This document shows, in pieces, positions 1-12,121 of a DNA stretch of 64,000 nucleotides. The stretch lies in NCBI GenBank assembly GCA_026387335.1, contig JAPLLX010000002.1:13326-77325 (forward strand). Reading direction: 5' to 3'. The notes beneath the pieces are model-generated. The model did no database searches, was not told the origin of the DNA, and was given only the letters and a program-made list of their open reading frames with translations. The position numbers and the translations under genes were made by a program. The number at the start of each line of letters is the position of its first letter. The first letter of the stretch is position 1. The stretch comes from Candidatus Omnitrophota bacterium. Lineage in GTDB: Bacteria; Omnitrophota; Gorgyraeia; Gygaellales; Profunditerraquicolaceae.

Positions 1-507
1 GAGGTCGCTTATGACGCCCAGCAGGGGAGTTACTATGTTTTCGGCGAATACCAGCTGAAACCCAAAGAGACTTTAGAAAAAGAGATAGAGATTAAAGATG
101 TCTGGCTCATTGATGAGTCGCAGATAGCCCTTTTACGGCAGGAAGCCAAGGAGGTCCTGGGCGCGTTTGAGAAAACTAAATACCTTGAGCGGGCGACGCT
201 GCTCTATAGCGGGATAGATAAGAAACTTAAAGAGGTAGAGCAGATGCAGGATCTGTCTGCCGCTAGCCCGGGTTATAAGATATCCAATTATCGTAATAGT
301 TTAAGCTTGTTGAATTCCGCCAAGGCCGACCTGCTGGCGGCGAAAACACTTTTGTCTGAAGTAGCGCCTAAGGGACTGACCAGGTTTACCTGGAAGATTT
401 TCCTGTTTATTGTTGTTTTTCTGGGAGTGCTGGGTTTGGGTTTCTTTATTATCTGGCAGCGCCAGACCAAGCTGGAAGAAGAGCAAAAGCCCCAGCAGCA
501 GGAATAA
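1..507 (+). CDS. 5'-truncated hypothetical protein with C-terminal transmembrane anchor
   Basis: Frame 1 is open from base 1 (EVAYDAQQGSYYVFGEYQLKP...) through the 244..507 ORF; hydrophobic segment FTWKIFLFIVVFLGVLGLGFFIIW followed by a charged tail. Confidence 0.75.
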   Translation, partial: EVAYDAQQGSYYVFGEYQLKPKETLEKEIEIKDVWLIDESQIALLRQEAKEVLGAFEKTKYLERATLLYSGIDKKLKEVEQMQDLSAASPGYKISNYRNSLSLLNSAKADLLAAKTLLSEVAPKGLTRFTWKIFLFIVVFLGVLGLGFFIIWQRQTKLEEEQKPQQQE

Positions 508-559
508 ATCCCCTTACAAGCAAGCCATAACATAGAACCGTCCCTATTGTTAATTAATA

Positions 560-1036
560 ATGAAAAATAATTATGCCTTTATTGATAGCCAAAATTTGAA
601 TCTTGCTATACGGGAACAAGATTGGCAACTTGATTTTAAGAGATTTAGAAAATATTTAGAGGATAAATACGATGTTACCAAGGCATTTCTTTTTATAGGT
701 TATATTGCCACAAACGCAAGTTTATATACATCATTGCAAGAGGACGGTTATATTCTGATTTTTAAACCAACATTATCTTTACCTGATGGCAGAGTAAAGG
801 GAAATATTGACGCAGAGTTAGTGCTTCATGCAATGATAGAATACCCGAATTACGATAAGGCGCTGGTAGTTACCGGGGACGGCGATTTCCACTGCCTTAT
901 TGATTACCTGAAAAGACAAGATAAATTAGCCAAGTTAGTTATTCCAAATCAATATAAATTTTCTTCACTTCTGAGGAAGTTCGGCCAGTATATGGTTTTT
1001 ATGAATGGCTTAAAGGAAAAGTTGAAGTATAAATAA
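560..1036 (+). CDS. NYN-domain (LabA/DUF88, PIN-like) nuclease
   Basis: Motifs AFIDSQNL, KGNIDAEL, VTGDGDF and SSLLRK, typical of the NYN acidic active site. Confidence 0.9.
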   Translation: MKNNYAFIDSQNLNLAIREQDWQLDFKRFRKYLEDKYDVTKAFLFIGYIATNASLYTSLQEDGYILIFKPTLSLPDGRVKGNIDAELVLHAMIEYPNYDKALVVTGDGDFHCLIDYLKRQDKLAKLVIPNQYKFSSLLRKFGQYMVFMNGLKEKLKYK

Positions 1037-1091
1037 AAAGAGAGGCATTGCCGCGGGACGAACCCTTTGGCTAACCTCTCATCGTGATTCA
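1031..1091 (-). ncRNA. Candidate ~55-60 nt structured small RNA convergent with the NYN gene
   Basis: Minus-strand promoter immediately upstream; nested stem GAGAGG(1040-1045)/CCTCTC(1075-1080), GCC/GGC, GGG-ACGAA-CCC; T-tract (1031-1039 on minus) after the stem. Confidence 0.5.
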
Positions 1092-1096
1092 ATAAA

Positions 1097-1125
1097 AGTA
1101 TATAATATTAATGCCTATCTGTCAA
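1097..1125 (-). promoter_or_regulatory. sigma70-type promoter TTGACA-17-TATACT
   Basis: TGTCAA at 1120-1125 and AGTATA at 1097-1102 on +, with exactly 17 nt between them. Confidence 0.75.
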
Positions 1126-1137
1126 GCAAAAAGGGGT

Positions 1138-1983
1138 ATGAGATACGAGCAAAATAGAACTCGTCATTACGAGGAGCGTTACATTTCGTCATTGCTTTAC
1201 TCACTACGCTCGTTCGCAATGACTGGTTTTCTCATTTCACTGGCTGCTTTAGCCCAAGCTGAGGTAACTGCTTCTTATTGGCAGACCAGCAAATCCCAGC
1301 ATTTTATAATTTATTATCAGGAAGCCCCCGCCGGATTTGTTGACGAGCTTATTAATAAAGCCGAAAACTATTATAACGGCATTGTTGATGAATTAGGCTA
1401 CCGGAGGATGGATTTCTGGAGCTGGGATAACCGCGCCAAAATCTATCTTTATAAAAATGCCGATGATTTTCATACCGATACCCAGCGTTCTGCCTGGGCA
1501 GGAGCGGTAGTCTCGGTGCGTAACCGAATAATGAAAACTTTTGTCGGGCAAGAACATTTTTTTGACTCATTGCTACCACATGAGATGACGCACATTATAT
1601 TCCGGGAGTTTATCGGAGTAAATACTCCGTTGCCTCTTTGGATTGACGAAGGTGTAGCCAGTTCTCAAGAGAAAAGTAACCTTTACGCGCGTATGCAGAT
1701 AGCTAAGGACCTGGTCGCCAAAAACCAGTATATTAAACTGGATAAGTTTTCGGAAATAAGCAAGCCCGGAGAGGATACTGTCGCGCCGGATATTTTTTAT
1801 TCAGAGGCGGCGTCCCTGATTGTTTTCCTTATCCGGGACAAAGGAAGAGAACGCTTCCTGGATTTTAGCCGCTCCTTACGCGATGGGATAGATTGGAAGA
1901 GCGCCTTATTAAAGACTTATAATTTTTTGACTCTGGAAGAATTGGAGAAGGAGTGGAAAAATTATATGCTAAAAAATAAATAG
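1138..1983 (+). CDS. Secreted HEXXH zinc metallopeptidase (peptidase MA-like)
   Basis: LPHEMTH followed by PLWIDEGVA (gluzincin-type third ligand); signal-peptide-like FLISLAALAQA. Start uncertain (1111, 1138 or 1219). Confidence 0.75.
   Translation: MRYEQNRTRHYEERYISSLLYSLRSFAMTGFLISLAALAQAEVTASYWQTSKSQHFIIYYQEAPAGFVDELINKAENYYNGIVDELGYRRMDFWSWDNRAKIYLYKNADDFHTDTQRSAWAGAVVSVRNRIMKTFVGQEHFFDSLLPHEMTHIIFREFIGVNTPLPLWIDEGVASSQEKSNLYARMQIAKDLVAKNQYIKLDKFSEISKPGEDTVAPDIFYSEAASLIVFLIRDKGRERFLDFSRSLRDGIDWKSALLKTYNFLTLEELEKEWKNYMLKNK
1163..1223. repeat. Collapsed copy of palindrome family 3 (GTCATT.CGA...TCGCAATGAC)
   Basis: Ends match the outer inverted repeats around the GIY-YIG gene at 6496-6875. 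Confidence 0.6.
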
Positions 1984-2046
1984 GGACAGCGACCGTTTTT
2001 TCTGGTCGCTTCGCTTAAGAGAAAAATGGTCGCTGTCCCTATTTAT
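1976..2046. repeat. REP/REPIN-like palindrome family 1, copy A
   Basis: AAATAGGGACAGCGACC...GGTCGCTGTCCCTATTT inverted repeat directly upstream of the RAYT gene. Confidence 0.95.
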
Positions 2047-2124
2047 GTTCTTTGATAAAATATCTTAGTTAGATTCCCTTATTTCTGGCGTCTATTAATA
2101 GTAGAGGAAAGGAGGGAAACTAAC

Positions 2125-2832
2125 ATGCCTAGAATTGCCAGAGTTGTAGCGATAGGTCAGCCTCACCATATTACGCAAAGAGGTAATTACCAGCAAGAGG
2201 TGTTTCTTAGCGCGGATAACCGAAAACAATACCTTGCCTGGATTAATGAATATAGCGTAAAATACGGGGTTTCTATTTTGGCCTATTGCTTAATGCTAAA
2301 CCATGTTCATTTTATCGCTGTTCCTTATGAAAACGACTCGTTGGCTAAAACATTTAACACCGCCCATATGCGTTATGCCCAGTATCTTAATAAAAAATTG
2401 AAGCAGCGCGGGCATCTTTGGCAGGGACGTTTTTATTCCTGTGTATTGGATCAATCTCATCTTATACTTGCCGCTCGTTATATTGAAAGGAATCCTGCGC
2501 GCGCCGGTATTGTAGATAAACCTTGGCAGTGGTTATGGTCAAGCGCCGCCTTACATACGGGCAGGGAGAATGACGGGTTGATTAAATTAGGGGATCTTTT
2601 CAGAATTATAGATATGTCAAGCGTCTCGTGGGAGAAATACATTGATTCCGCGGAAGAGGACAATTTTTTACAGAATATAAGAAAGCATACATACGCCGGT
2701 CGTCCCCTCGGGGCGCCGGAATTTACTACAGATTTAGAGGAAAAATGCGGTAGAAGGCTATGCGCGCTGCCGATAGGAAGACCAAGAGTATTAAATAGGG
2801 ACAGCGACCGTTTTTCTGGTCGCTTCACTTAA
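2125..2832 (+). mobile_element. REP-associated tyrosine transposase (RAYT, Y1/HUH family)
   Basis: MPRIAR start, HHITQRGN, YCLMLNHVH (HUH), GHLWQGRF, YIERNP (catalytic Tyr), W.WSS; flanked on both sides by family-1 palindromes. Confidence 0.92.
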
Positions 2833-2860
2833 GAAAAAAATGGTCGCTGTCCCTATTTAA
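2791..2860. repeat. Palindrome family 1, copy B
   Basis: Same arms as copy A; the RAYT ORF reads into it and stops in its loop. Confidence 0.95.
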
Positions 2861-2872
2861 TTATAAGGAGGA

Positions 2873-3754
2873 TTGATGCCGCAGGAGATAAACATCCTGG
2901 TTTTTGAAGATGATCTGACCGCAGCCGGCCTGTTGGAGTCTGCCCTTAAATCCGCGGGTTACCGCGTCTGGATGGCAACAACCGCGCGCGAAGCGCTGGA
3001 TTTATTGCGGGCTAACACCTTTCCGGTAGCAATCGCTGAGCTGCGTTCTTCCAAAATGAACGGCATTCAGTTCACTCAGGAAGTGCACAAGATATCTCAG
3101 GGCACGAATGTATTGGTTATCACGCTTTATTCTTTTATCAATTCCGCGATTGAGGCCATGGAAGCCGGAGCCTACGGTTATATTACCAAGCCTTTGAACA
3201 GTTCAGAGATACGTATTGTGGTTGAGCGGGCGGCAGAAAGGTTTTTCCTTCTTTCGACCAGCGATGAAAAGGACTATTTTGTGGATTTAGCTGTGCGCGA
3301 CGGGCTCACTGGGCTTTTTAACCGCCGCTATTTCAATGAGTTAATTAATATTGAAATTAACCGGATAAAACGCTCGCCGGCCACGCTTTCCTTACTAATG
3401 CTTGACATTGACAATTTTAAAAATTATAATGATACTCAAGGCCATCCGGCGGGAGACGAGTTGCTTAAAAAAGCCGCCAAGGTCTTTAAAAATTCCGTGC
3501 GGGCGGTGGATATGGTCTGCCGCTACGGCGGGGAGGAATTTATTGTAATGCTCCCGCAGACGGCCAAGGCCGTAGCCCAGATAATCGCCGAGCGGCTGCG
3601 CGTGCAAACCGGGCTTTATTTGCCGACGACGGTCAGCATTGGTATCGCCACGCTTCCGGAAGACGCGCAAAGCGCGGAGGATTTGATTCAGAAAGCGGAC
3701 GACGCCCTTTATCAAGCCAAAAAGAGCGGCAAGAATAAATGGTGCGCGGCTTAA
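2873..3754 (+). CDS. Response regulator receiver-GGDEF diguanylate cyclase
   Basis: N-terminal REC fold (EDD...YITKP); DGLTGLFNRR, DIDNFK, RxxD I-site (RAVD), GGEEF active site. Confidence 0.93.
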   Translation: MMPQEINILVFEDDLTAAGLLESALKSAGYRVWMATTAREALDLLRANTFPVAIAELRSSKMNGIQFTQEVHKISQGTNVLVITLYSFINSAIEAMEAGAYGYITKPLNSSEIRIVVERAAERFFLLSTSDEKDYFVDLAVRDGLTGLFNRRYFNELINIEINRIKRSPATLSLLMLDIDNFKNYNDTQGHPAGDELLKKAAKVFKNSVRAVDMVCRYGGEEFIVMLPQTAKAVAQIIAERLRVQTGLYLPTTVSIGIATLPEDAQSAEDLIQKADDALYQAKKSGKNKWCAA

Positions 3755-3757
3755 AAT

Positions 3758-4003
3758 ATGCGCCTGGCGATACTTGATCCTAAAAAGGCAATTTGGCAGG
3801 GGATGGCCAAGAAGGTGACTTTGCCGGCGGCCGACGGAGAAATGTGCGTACTGGATTTTCATCAGCCTTTTGTAGTCAGGCTGGCCAAAGGCAAGATAAC
3901 TTTTTCCGGTGAGAACCTTCCGGCTCGGCAGCCGGGTATTCCTATAAAAGACGGTATCGCTTTTATGCGCTCAAATTCTTTGACTGTTTTCGCCCAGACT
4001 TAA
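3758..4003 (+). CDS. atpC: F-type ATPase epsilon-like subunit (N-terminal beta domain only)
   Basis: VTLPAADGEMCVLDFHQPFV resembles the epsilon motif xxxPxxxGExGILxxHxP; only 81 aa. Confidence 0.7.
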   Translation: MRLAILDPKKAIWQGMAKKVTLPAADGEMCVLDFHQPFVVRLAKGKITFSGENLPARQPGIPIKDGIAFMRSNSLTVFAQT

Positions 4004-4010
4004 ATAATAT

Positions 4011-4223
4011 ATGTCCACATTCGCCTTAATTCTAGTTATGATTTTAAGCACTGCCGGCCCGGCCGCGGTCATTGCCCTGGTGGGTTTTTCCGCGGTCAAG
4101 TCCATAGCGCGTAATCCTTCCGCCTCCCCCAAAATATTCATAGTCATGATCTTGGCTTTTATTTTTTCAGAAGCGATCGCGATTTTGGCGCTTCTGATTT
4201 TATATAATCTTTTTACCAAGTAG
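4011..4223 (+). CDS. atpE: F-type ATPase c-like proteolipid
   Basis: 70 aa two-helix hairpin with ARNP loop and conserved carboxylate in FSEAIAI. Confidence 0.85.
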   Translation: MSTFALILVMILSTAGPAAVIALVGFSAVKSIARNPSASPKIFIVMILAFIFSEAIAILALLILYNLFTK

Positions 4224-4228
4224 AGGAA

Positions 4229-4294
4229 TAAATAGGGACAGCGACCATTTTTCCCTGGTCGCCTAGACAGAAAAATGGTCGCTGTCCCTATTTA
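4229..4294. repeat. Palindrome family 1, copy C
   Basis: TAAATAGGGACAGCGACCATTTTT...AAAAATGGTCGCTGTCCCTATTTA. Confidence 0.95.
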
Positions 4295-4302
4295 AAAACA
4301 CT

Positions 4303-5016
4303 ATGCTCGTCCAGCTTTTAGCCATCCAGATAGTCACTTTCATAGCCATTATATTTTTATTGCGTTTTCTTTTCTCGCGCCATCTTAAGGTCGCCTTGGA
4401 TAGGCTGAATACCTTGCATGAAGAAAACCTGGCCAAAGAAGAAGAGCTGAATGAGGAGTTGAAAAGGGCCAAAGAAGAGAGTCAGGCGGAAATAGAAAAA
4501 GGCAAAGAAGAGGCCGAGGTCATTATTGAAGACTCTAAAAAAGAAGCCACGCGGATACGCTTAACCCTTGAAGAAGAGGCCAAGGCCCAAGCGGCCAAGA
4601 TCGTCGCTATGGGTAAAGTTGATGCCGAGAAAATGAAGGAGAGTGTGTCCAGGGATATACAAGGCCAGAGCGTGGAATTGGCCTCCAGAATGATCTCCGA
4701 GCTGCTTATTGAAGCGGATAAAGTTGCCCTGCAATACCAGTTTGCCAATGAGATAATCGCAGAGATTGCCCGCCTGCCCAAAGAGCAGTTTAACGTCCAG
4801 GCCAAAGACATAAAAGTCACCTCCAGTTATCCTTTGCTGGACAGGCAAAGAGACGAGTTACAAAAGGTTTTAGGCGAAAAATTAGAGGGGGCCTTTAAGA
4901 TCAAAGAGCAGATAGACCCCAAGCTTATCGGAGGGCTCATCCTGGATATAGGCGGTATGGTTATTGACGGGACCTTAAAGAACAAGCTGCAAAGAATCAT
5001 TCCTTACCTTAAATGA
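4303..5016 (+). CDS. F-type ATPase b / delta(C-terminal) fusion subunit
   Basis: N-terminal TM (QIVTFIAIIFLLRFLF), E/K/A coiled coil, C-terminal delta-like IDPKLIGGLILDIGGMVIDGTLKNKL. Confidence 0.85.
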   Translation: MLVQLLAIQIVTFIAIIFLLRFLFSRHLKVALDRLNTLHEENLAKEEELNEELKRAKEESQAEIEKGKEEAEVIIEDSKKEATRIRLTLEEEAKAQAAKIVAMGKVDAEKMKESVSRDIQGQSVELASRMISELLIEADKVALQYQFANEIIAEIARLPKEQFNVQAKDIKVTSSYPLLDRQRDELQKVLGEKLEGAFKIKEQIDPKLIGGLILDIGGMVIDGTLKNKLQRIIPYLK

Positions 5017-5030
5017 CACAAAAATAAAAT

Positions 5031-6491
5031 ATGAAAGTTGGCGCGTTAGACATAAGGGAAGTCGGCAGAATAGAAGAGCTTAAGCAGGGGATTGTGAAGA
5101 TCAGCGGCCTGCCGAATTGTTCTTACGGGGAAGTCATTGAGCTGGAAAACGGGCTCAAGGGGATGATCATTGAATTTAACCCGGAATACGCCTTTGGCGT
5201 TGTTTTCGGCGATGAGCGTAAAATCAAAGTCGGTGATACAGTCTCCAGCCGCGGCGGCCTGCTGAATGTCCCGGTGGGAGACGGGTTTATCGGCCGGGTG
5301 GTGAATTCTCTGGCCCAACCTATTGACGGAAAAGGCAAGATCGAGGGATCCGAATTCCATCCGGTTTTTCACGAAGCAGCCGGGGTCATGGAGAGGGAGC
5401 CCATAGACCAAACCTTGCACACCGGAATAAAAATAATTGATATGCTCGTCCCTTTAGGCAAGGGCCAGCGCGAACTTATCGTCGGAGACCGTCAGATAGG
5501 CAAGACCTCCATCGGCCTGGATACGATAATCAACCAGAAAGGCAAAAACGTAATTTGCATATATTGCTGGATAGGCGGAAGTTCCGCCGCCTTTAATAAA
5601 ATAATTCAAACTCTGCGCCAGCACGGGGCAATGGATTATGTCTTAGGAGTTTGCGCTTCGGCCGGCTCAGCCACATCTGAACAATATATCTGCCCTTACA
5701 CCGCCGCCGCGCTGGGCGAATATTTTATGAATAGCGGCAGGGATGTTTTGGTCATATTTGATGACCTGACCAAACACAGCTGGGTCTACCGGCAGATGTC
5801 CCTGCTTCTTGAACGCGCTCCGGGAAGAGAGGCCTATCCCGGCGATATATTCTTCCTGCATTCGCAACTTATGGAACGGGCCGGAAGGCTAAAAAAAGAA
5901 TTTGGCGGCGGCTCAATGACCTTTCTGCCTTTTGCCGAGACGCTGCAGGGGGATATTACCGGTTATATCTGTTCCAATATAGTCTCCATGACCGACGGGC
6001 AGATTTACTTAAATACGGGTTTGTTCCAGGAAGGTTTTAAGCCGGCCATAGACCTGGAGCTCTCGGTTTCGCGTATTGGAAGCAAGGTGCAGTGCCCGGC
6101 AATCCGGGCTTTAAGCGCGGGCCTGCGTTATGAATATGTGCGTTTCCGTTCACTCTTGCGGCTTACGCGTTTAAGAACCAAGCTTAGCCCGGAAGCAGCC
6201 GAACAATTGCAGCGGGGCAAGGCCCTGTATGAACTTTTAATCCAGGAGAATAACTCGCCTATTTCTCAGGCCGAAGAGATCGCTGTTTTTTACGCTTTTC
6301 ACCAAAAGATACTGGAGGCCATAGGAATAGAGCAGGTCAGGTATTTTAAAAATAATTTTTTCTCTTATCTATCCAGCCATAACGGCGAACTCGTTGACCA
6401 GCTTAATACAAGAGGGGAACTGAGCGAAGATGTGAAGATGCAGCTGGATAAGGCGATAAAAGAATTTTTCCGCAGCTCTAAGATAGGATAG
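5031..6491 (+). CDS. atpA: F-type ATPase alpha subunit (divergent)
   Basis: GQRELIVGDRQIGKT, FDDLTKH, PGREAYPGDIF, SVSRIG arginine finger. Confidence 0.95.
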   Translation: MKVGALDIREVGRIEELKQGIVKISGLPNCSYGEVIELENGLKGMIIEFNPEYAFGVVFGDERKIKVGDTVSSRGGLLNVPVGDGFIGRVVNSLAQPIDGKGKIEGSEFHPVFHEAAGVMEREPIDQTLHTGIKIIDMLVPLGKGQRELIVGDRQIGKTSIGLDTIINQKGKNVICIYCWIGGSSAAFNKIIQTLRQHGAMDYVLGVCASAGSATSEQYICPYTAAALGEYFMNSGRDVLVIFDDLTKHSWVYRQMSLLLERAPGREAYPGDIFFLHSQLMERAGRLKKEFGGGSMTFLPFAETLQGDITGYICSNIVSMTDGQIYLNTGLFQEGFKPAIDLELSVSRIGSKVQCPAIRALSAGLRYEYVRFRSLLRLTRLRTKLSPEAAEQLQRGKALYELLIQENNSPISQAEEIAVFYAFHQKILEAIGIEQVRYFKNNFFSYLSSHNGELVDQLNTRGELSEDVKMQLDKAIKEFFRSSKIG

Positions 6492-6495
6492 AAGA

Positions 6496-6875
6496 TTGCG
6501 TCATTGCGAACCCCGCCTATGGCGGGGTGAAGCAATCTCTGAATATGAGTAATAAAGCAGGTTTTGTTTATCTTATGACAAACAAAATGAATACGGTAAT
6601 TTATACAGGAGTTACAAGCGACCTTCAAAAAAGAATTTATGAACATAAAGAAAAATTAGTTGATGGTTTTACTAAGAAATATAATGTTAATAGATTAGTT
6701 TATTACGAGATATTTGATGGTATAGAAGATGCAATCACAAGGGAAAAACAAATTAAAGCGGGTTCGCGGAAGAAGAAGTTAGATTTAATTAGTTCTATTA
6801 ACCCTGATTTCAAAGACCTTTATTATGAATTATGAGATTGCTTCGGCTGCCTGCAGCAGCCTCGCAATGACGCAA
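6496..6875. mobile_element. Palindrome-flanked GIY-YIG cassette (family 3)
   Basis: Outer perfect 14-bp IR TTGCGTCATTGCGA(6496-6509)/TCGCAATGACGCAA(6862-6875) and inner 11-bp IR GAAGCAATCTC(6529-6539)/GAGATTGCTTC(6834-6844) enclose the nuclease gene. Confidence 0.7.
6545..6835 (+). CDS. Small stand-alone GIY-YIG nuclease
   Basis: FVYLM...IYTGVT..L.KRIYEH, FTKKY, LVYYE, AITREKQIK; visibly more AT-rich than the flanking atp genes. Confidence 0.92.
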   Translation: MSNKAGFVYLMTNKMNTVIYTGVTSDLQKRIYEHKEKLVDGFTKKYNVNRLVYYEIFDGIEDAITREKQIKAGSRKKKLDLISSINPDFKDLYYEL

Positions 6876-6886
6876 AGGATAAATAA

Positions 6887-10730
<3,844 letters not shown>

Positions 10731-10735
<5 letters not shown>

Positions 10736-10800
10736 ATAGGGACAGCGACCATTTTTTCCTGGTCGCATAGATAGAAAAATGGTCGCTGTCCCTATTTATT
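10731..10800. repeat. Palindrome family 1, copy D
   Basis: Same arms, between the gspE- and gspF-like genes. Confidence 0.95.
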
Positions 10801-10812
10801 ACGGAGAAATAA

Positions 10813-12051
10813 ATGATATTTTTATACAAAGCCAAAAAGAGTTTAAATGAGATAGTTGAAGGTAGATTAGAAAAGGATAGCGTTGAGCAGGTTATTGAAG
10901 AGCTGCAGTCAAAAGGCCTGGTTCCGGTTTCTGTTGAGCCGCAAGAGATAAAAATCGCCCCAGATTCGCCCGCAGAAGCGACGACCGTCAAGAAGCCGGT
11001 TTTAAGGTTTAGGAGCGGGAAGTGGGGGTTAAAACAGCTGGTCCTCTTTACGCAAAAATTATACAACTTGATAAACTCCCGCGTGGAGTTACTCAGCGCC
11101 CTTAGGCTTTTAGAGAAAAATTGCGAAAACCCGACGGAGAAGGCGCTCTTAGAAGATATCATCAAGAATATTAAGGACGGCATAGCTTTTTCCGGGTGCC
11201 TTAACCGTTATCCGCAGTATTTTCCCCAGCTTTACGTCCACATAATACATACCGGAGAGACCACCGGTAAATTAAAAGAGGCGCTGTCGCAGCTTTTGGA
11301 TTACTTGCGCCGGGTCGAGGATTTAAAGAGTAAAGTCAAACAGGCGCTGGCGTATCCGATATTTATGACCGTCGTCGGTATAGGCACGATCTGCGTTATG
11401 CTGACTTTTGTCCTTCCGCGCCTGGCGAGTATGTTTGACGATTACAATGCCCAGCTCCCGATGCCTACGCTCATTTTACTTAATACCGCGGGGTTCGTTA
11501 AACATTACTGGTTGTTCATCGCGGCATTTTTTATTTTTCTTATTTTTGTCCTCAAGTTTAGCTCTCAAGGGAAAGAAAGCTTCTTCTCGCGGTTAAAATA
11601 CCACATTCCGATAGCCAAAGATATCGTTTATAAGCAGTCAGTGGAAAATTTCTCAAGAAGCATCGCCCTGCTTTTACAAAGCGGAGTTACACTTCTTGCC
11701 GCGCTTAAAGATGCCGCCTTTGTTATCGGTAATCCGGTTTACATTGAACAGCTGGAACAGGTGCGTAAGGATATCAGCGAGGGCGGCACCTTCTCCGGAT
11801 CGCTGGCAAAATTCAAGATATTTCCGGATTTTTTTGTGCAGATGATCCGTGTCGGAGAAGAGGGCGGAAGGCTGGACCAGGTGCTTTTGGATATAGCCGA
11901 TTCCTACGAGAAGGATATCGAAGCTGACCTGAAGGTAGTCAGTTCCCTTATTGAGCCGGCGATAATATTAGTCCTGGGTTTGGTCATCGGAGGCATGGTC
12001 ATTGCCATGCTTTTACCGATATTTAATATGAACAGCCTTTTCGGCAGCTAA
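10813..12051 (+). CDS. GspF/PilC inner-membrane platform protein
   Basis: GETTGKL, ALAYP, GEEGGRLD, IEPAIILVLG...LLPIF. Confidence 0.93.
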   Translation: MIFLYKAKKSLNEIVEGRLEKDSVEQVIEELQSKGLVPVSVEPQEIKIAPDSPAEATTVKKPVLRFRSGKWGLKQLVLFTQKLYNLINSRVELLSALRLLEKNCENPTEKALLEDIIKNIKDGIAFSGCLNRYPQYFPQLYVHIIHTGETTGKLKEALSQLLDYLRRVEDLKSKVKQALAYPIFMTVVGIGTICVMLTFVLPRLASMFDDYNAQLPMPTLILLNTAGFVKHYWLFIAAFFIFLIFVLKFSSQGKESFFSRLKYHIPIAKDIVYKQSVENFSRSIALLLQSGVTLLAALKDAAFVIGNPVYIEQLEQVRKDISEGGTFSGSLAKFKIFPDFFVQMIRVGEEGGRLDQVLLDIADSYEKDIEADLKVVSSLIEPAIILVLGLVIGGMVIAMLLPIFNMNSLFGS

Positions 12052-12053
12052 TT

Positions 12054-12116
12054 AATAGGGACAGCGACCATTTTTTTCTGGCCGTTTAGATAAAAAAAAT
12101 GGTCGCTGTCCCTATT
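12054..12116. repeat. Palindrome family 1, copy E
   Basis: Same arms; loop slightly decayed. Confidence 0.95.
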
Positions 12117-12121
12117 TAAAT

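Noticed and set aside
1040-1090. Hammerhead or other ribozyme in the NYN-downstream hairpin (GGACGAA resembles part of a hammerhead core)
   Set aside because: No CUGANGA core or three-way junction on either strand.
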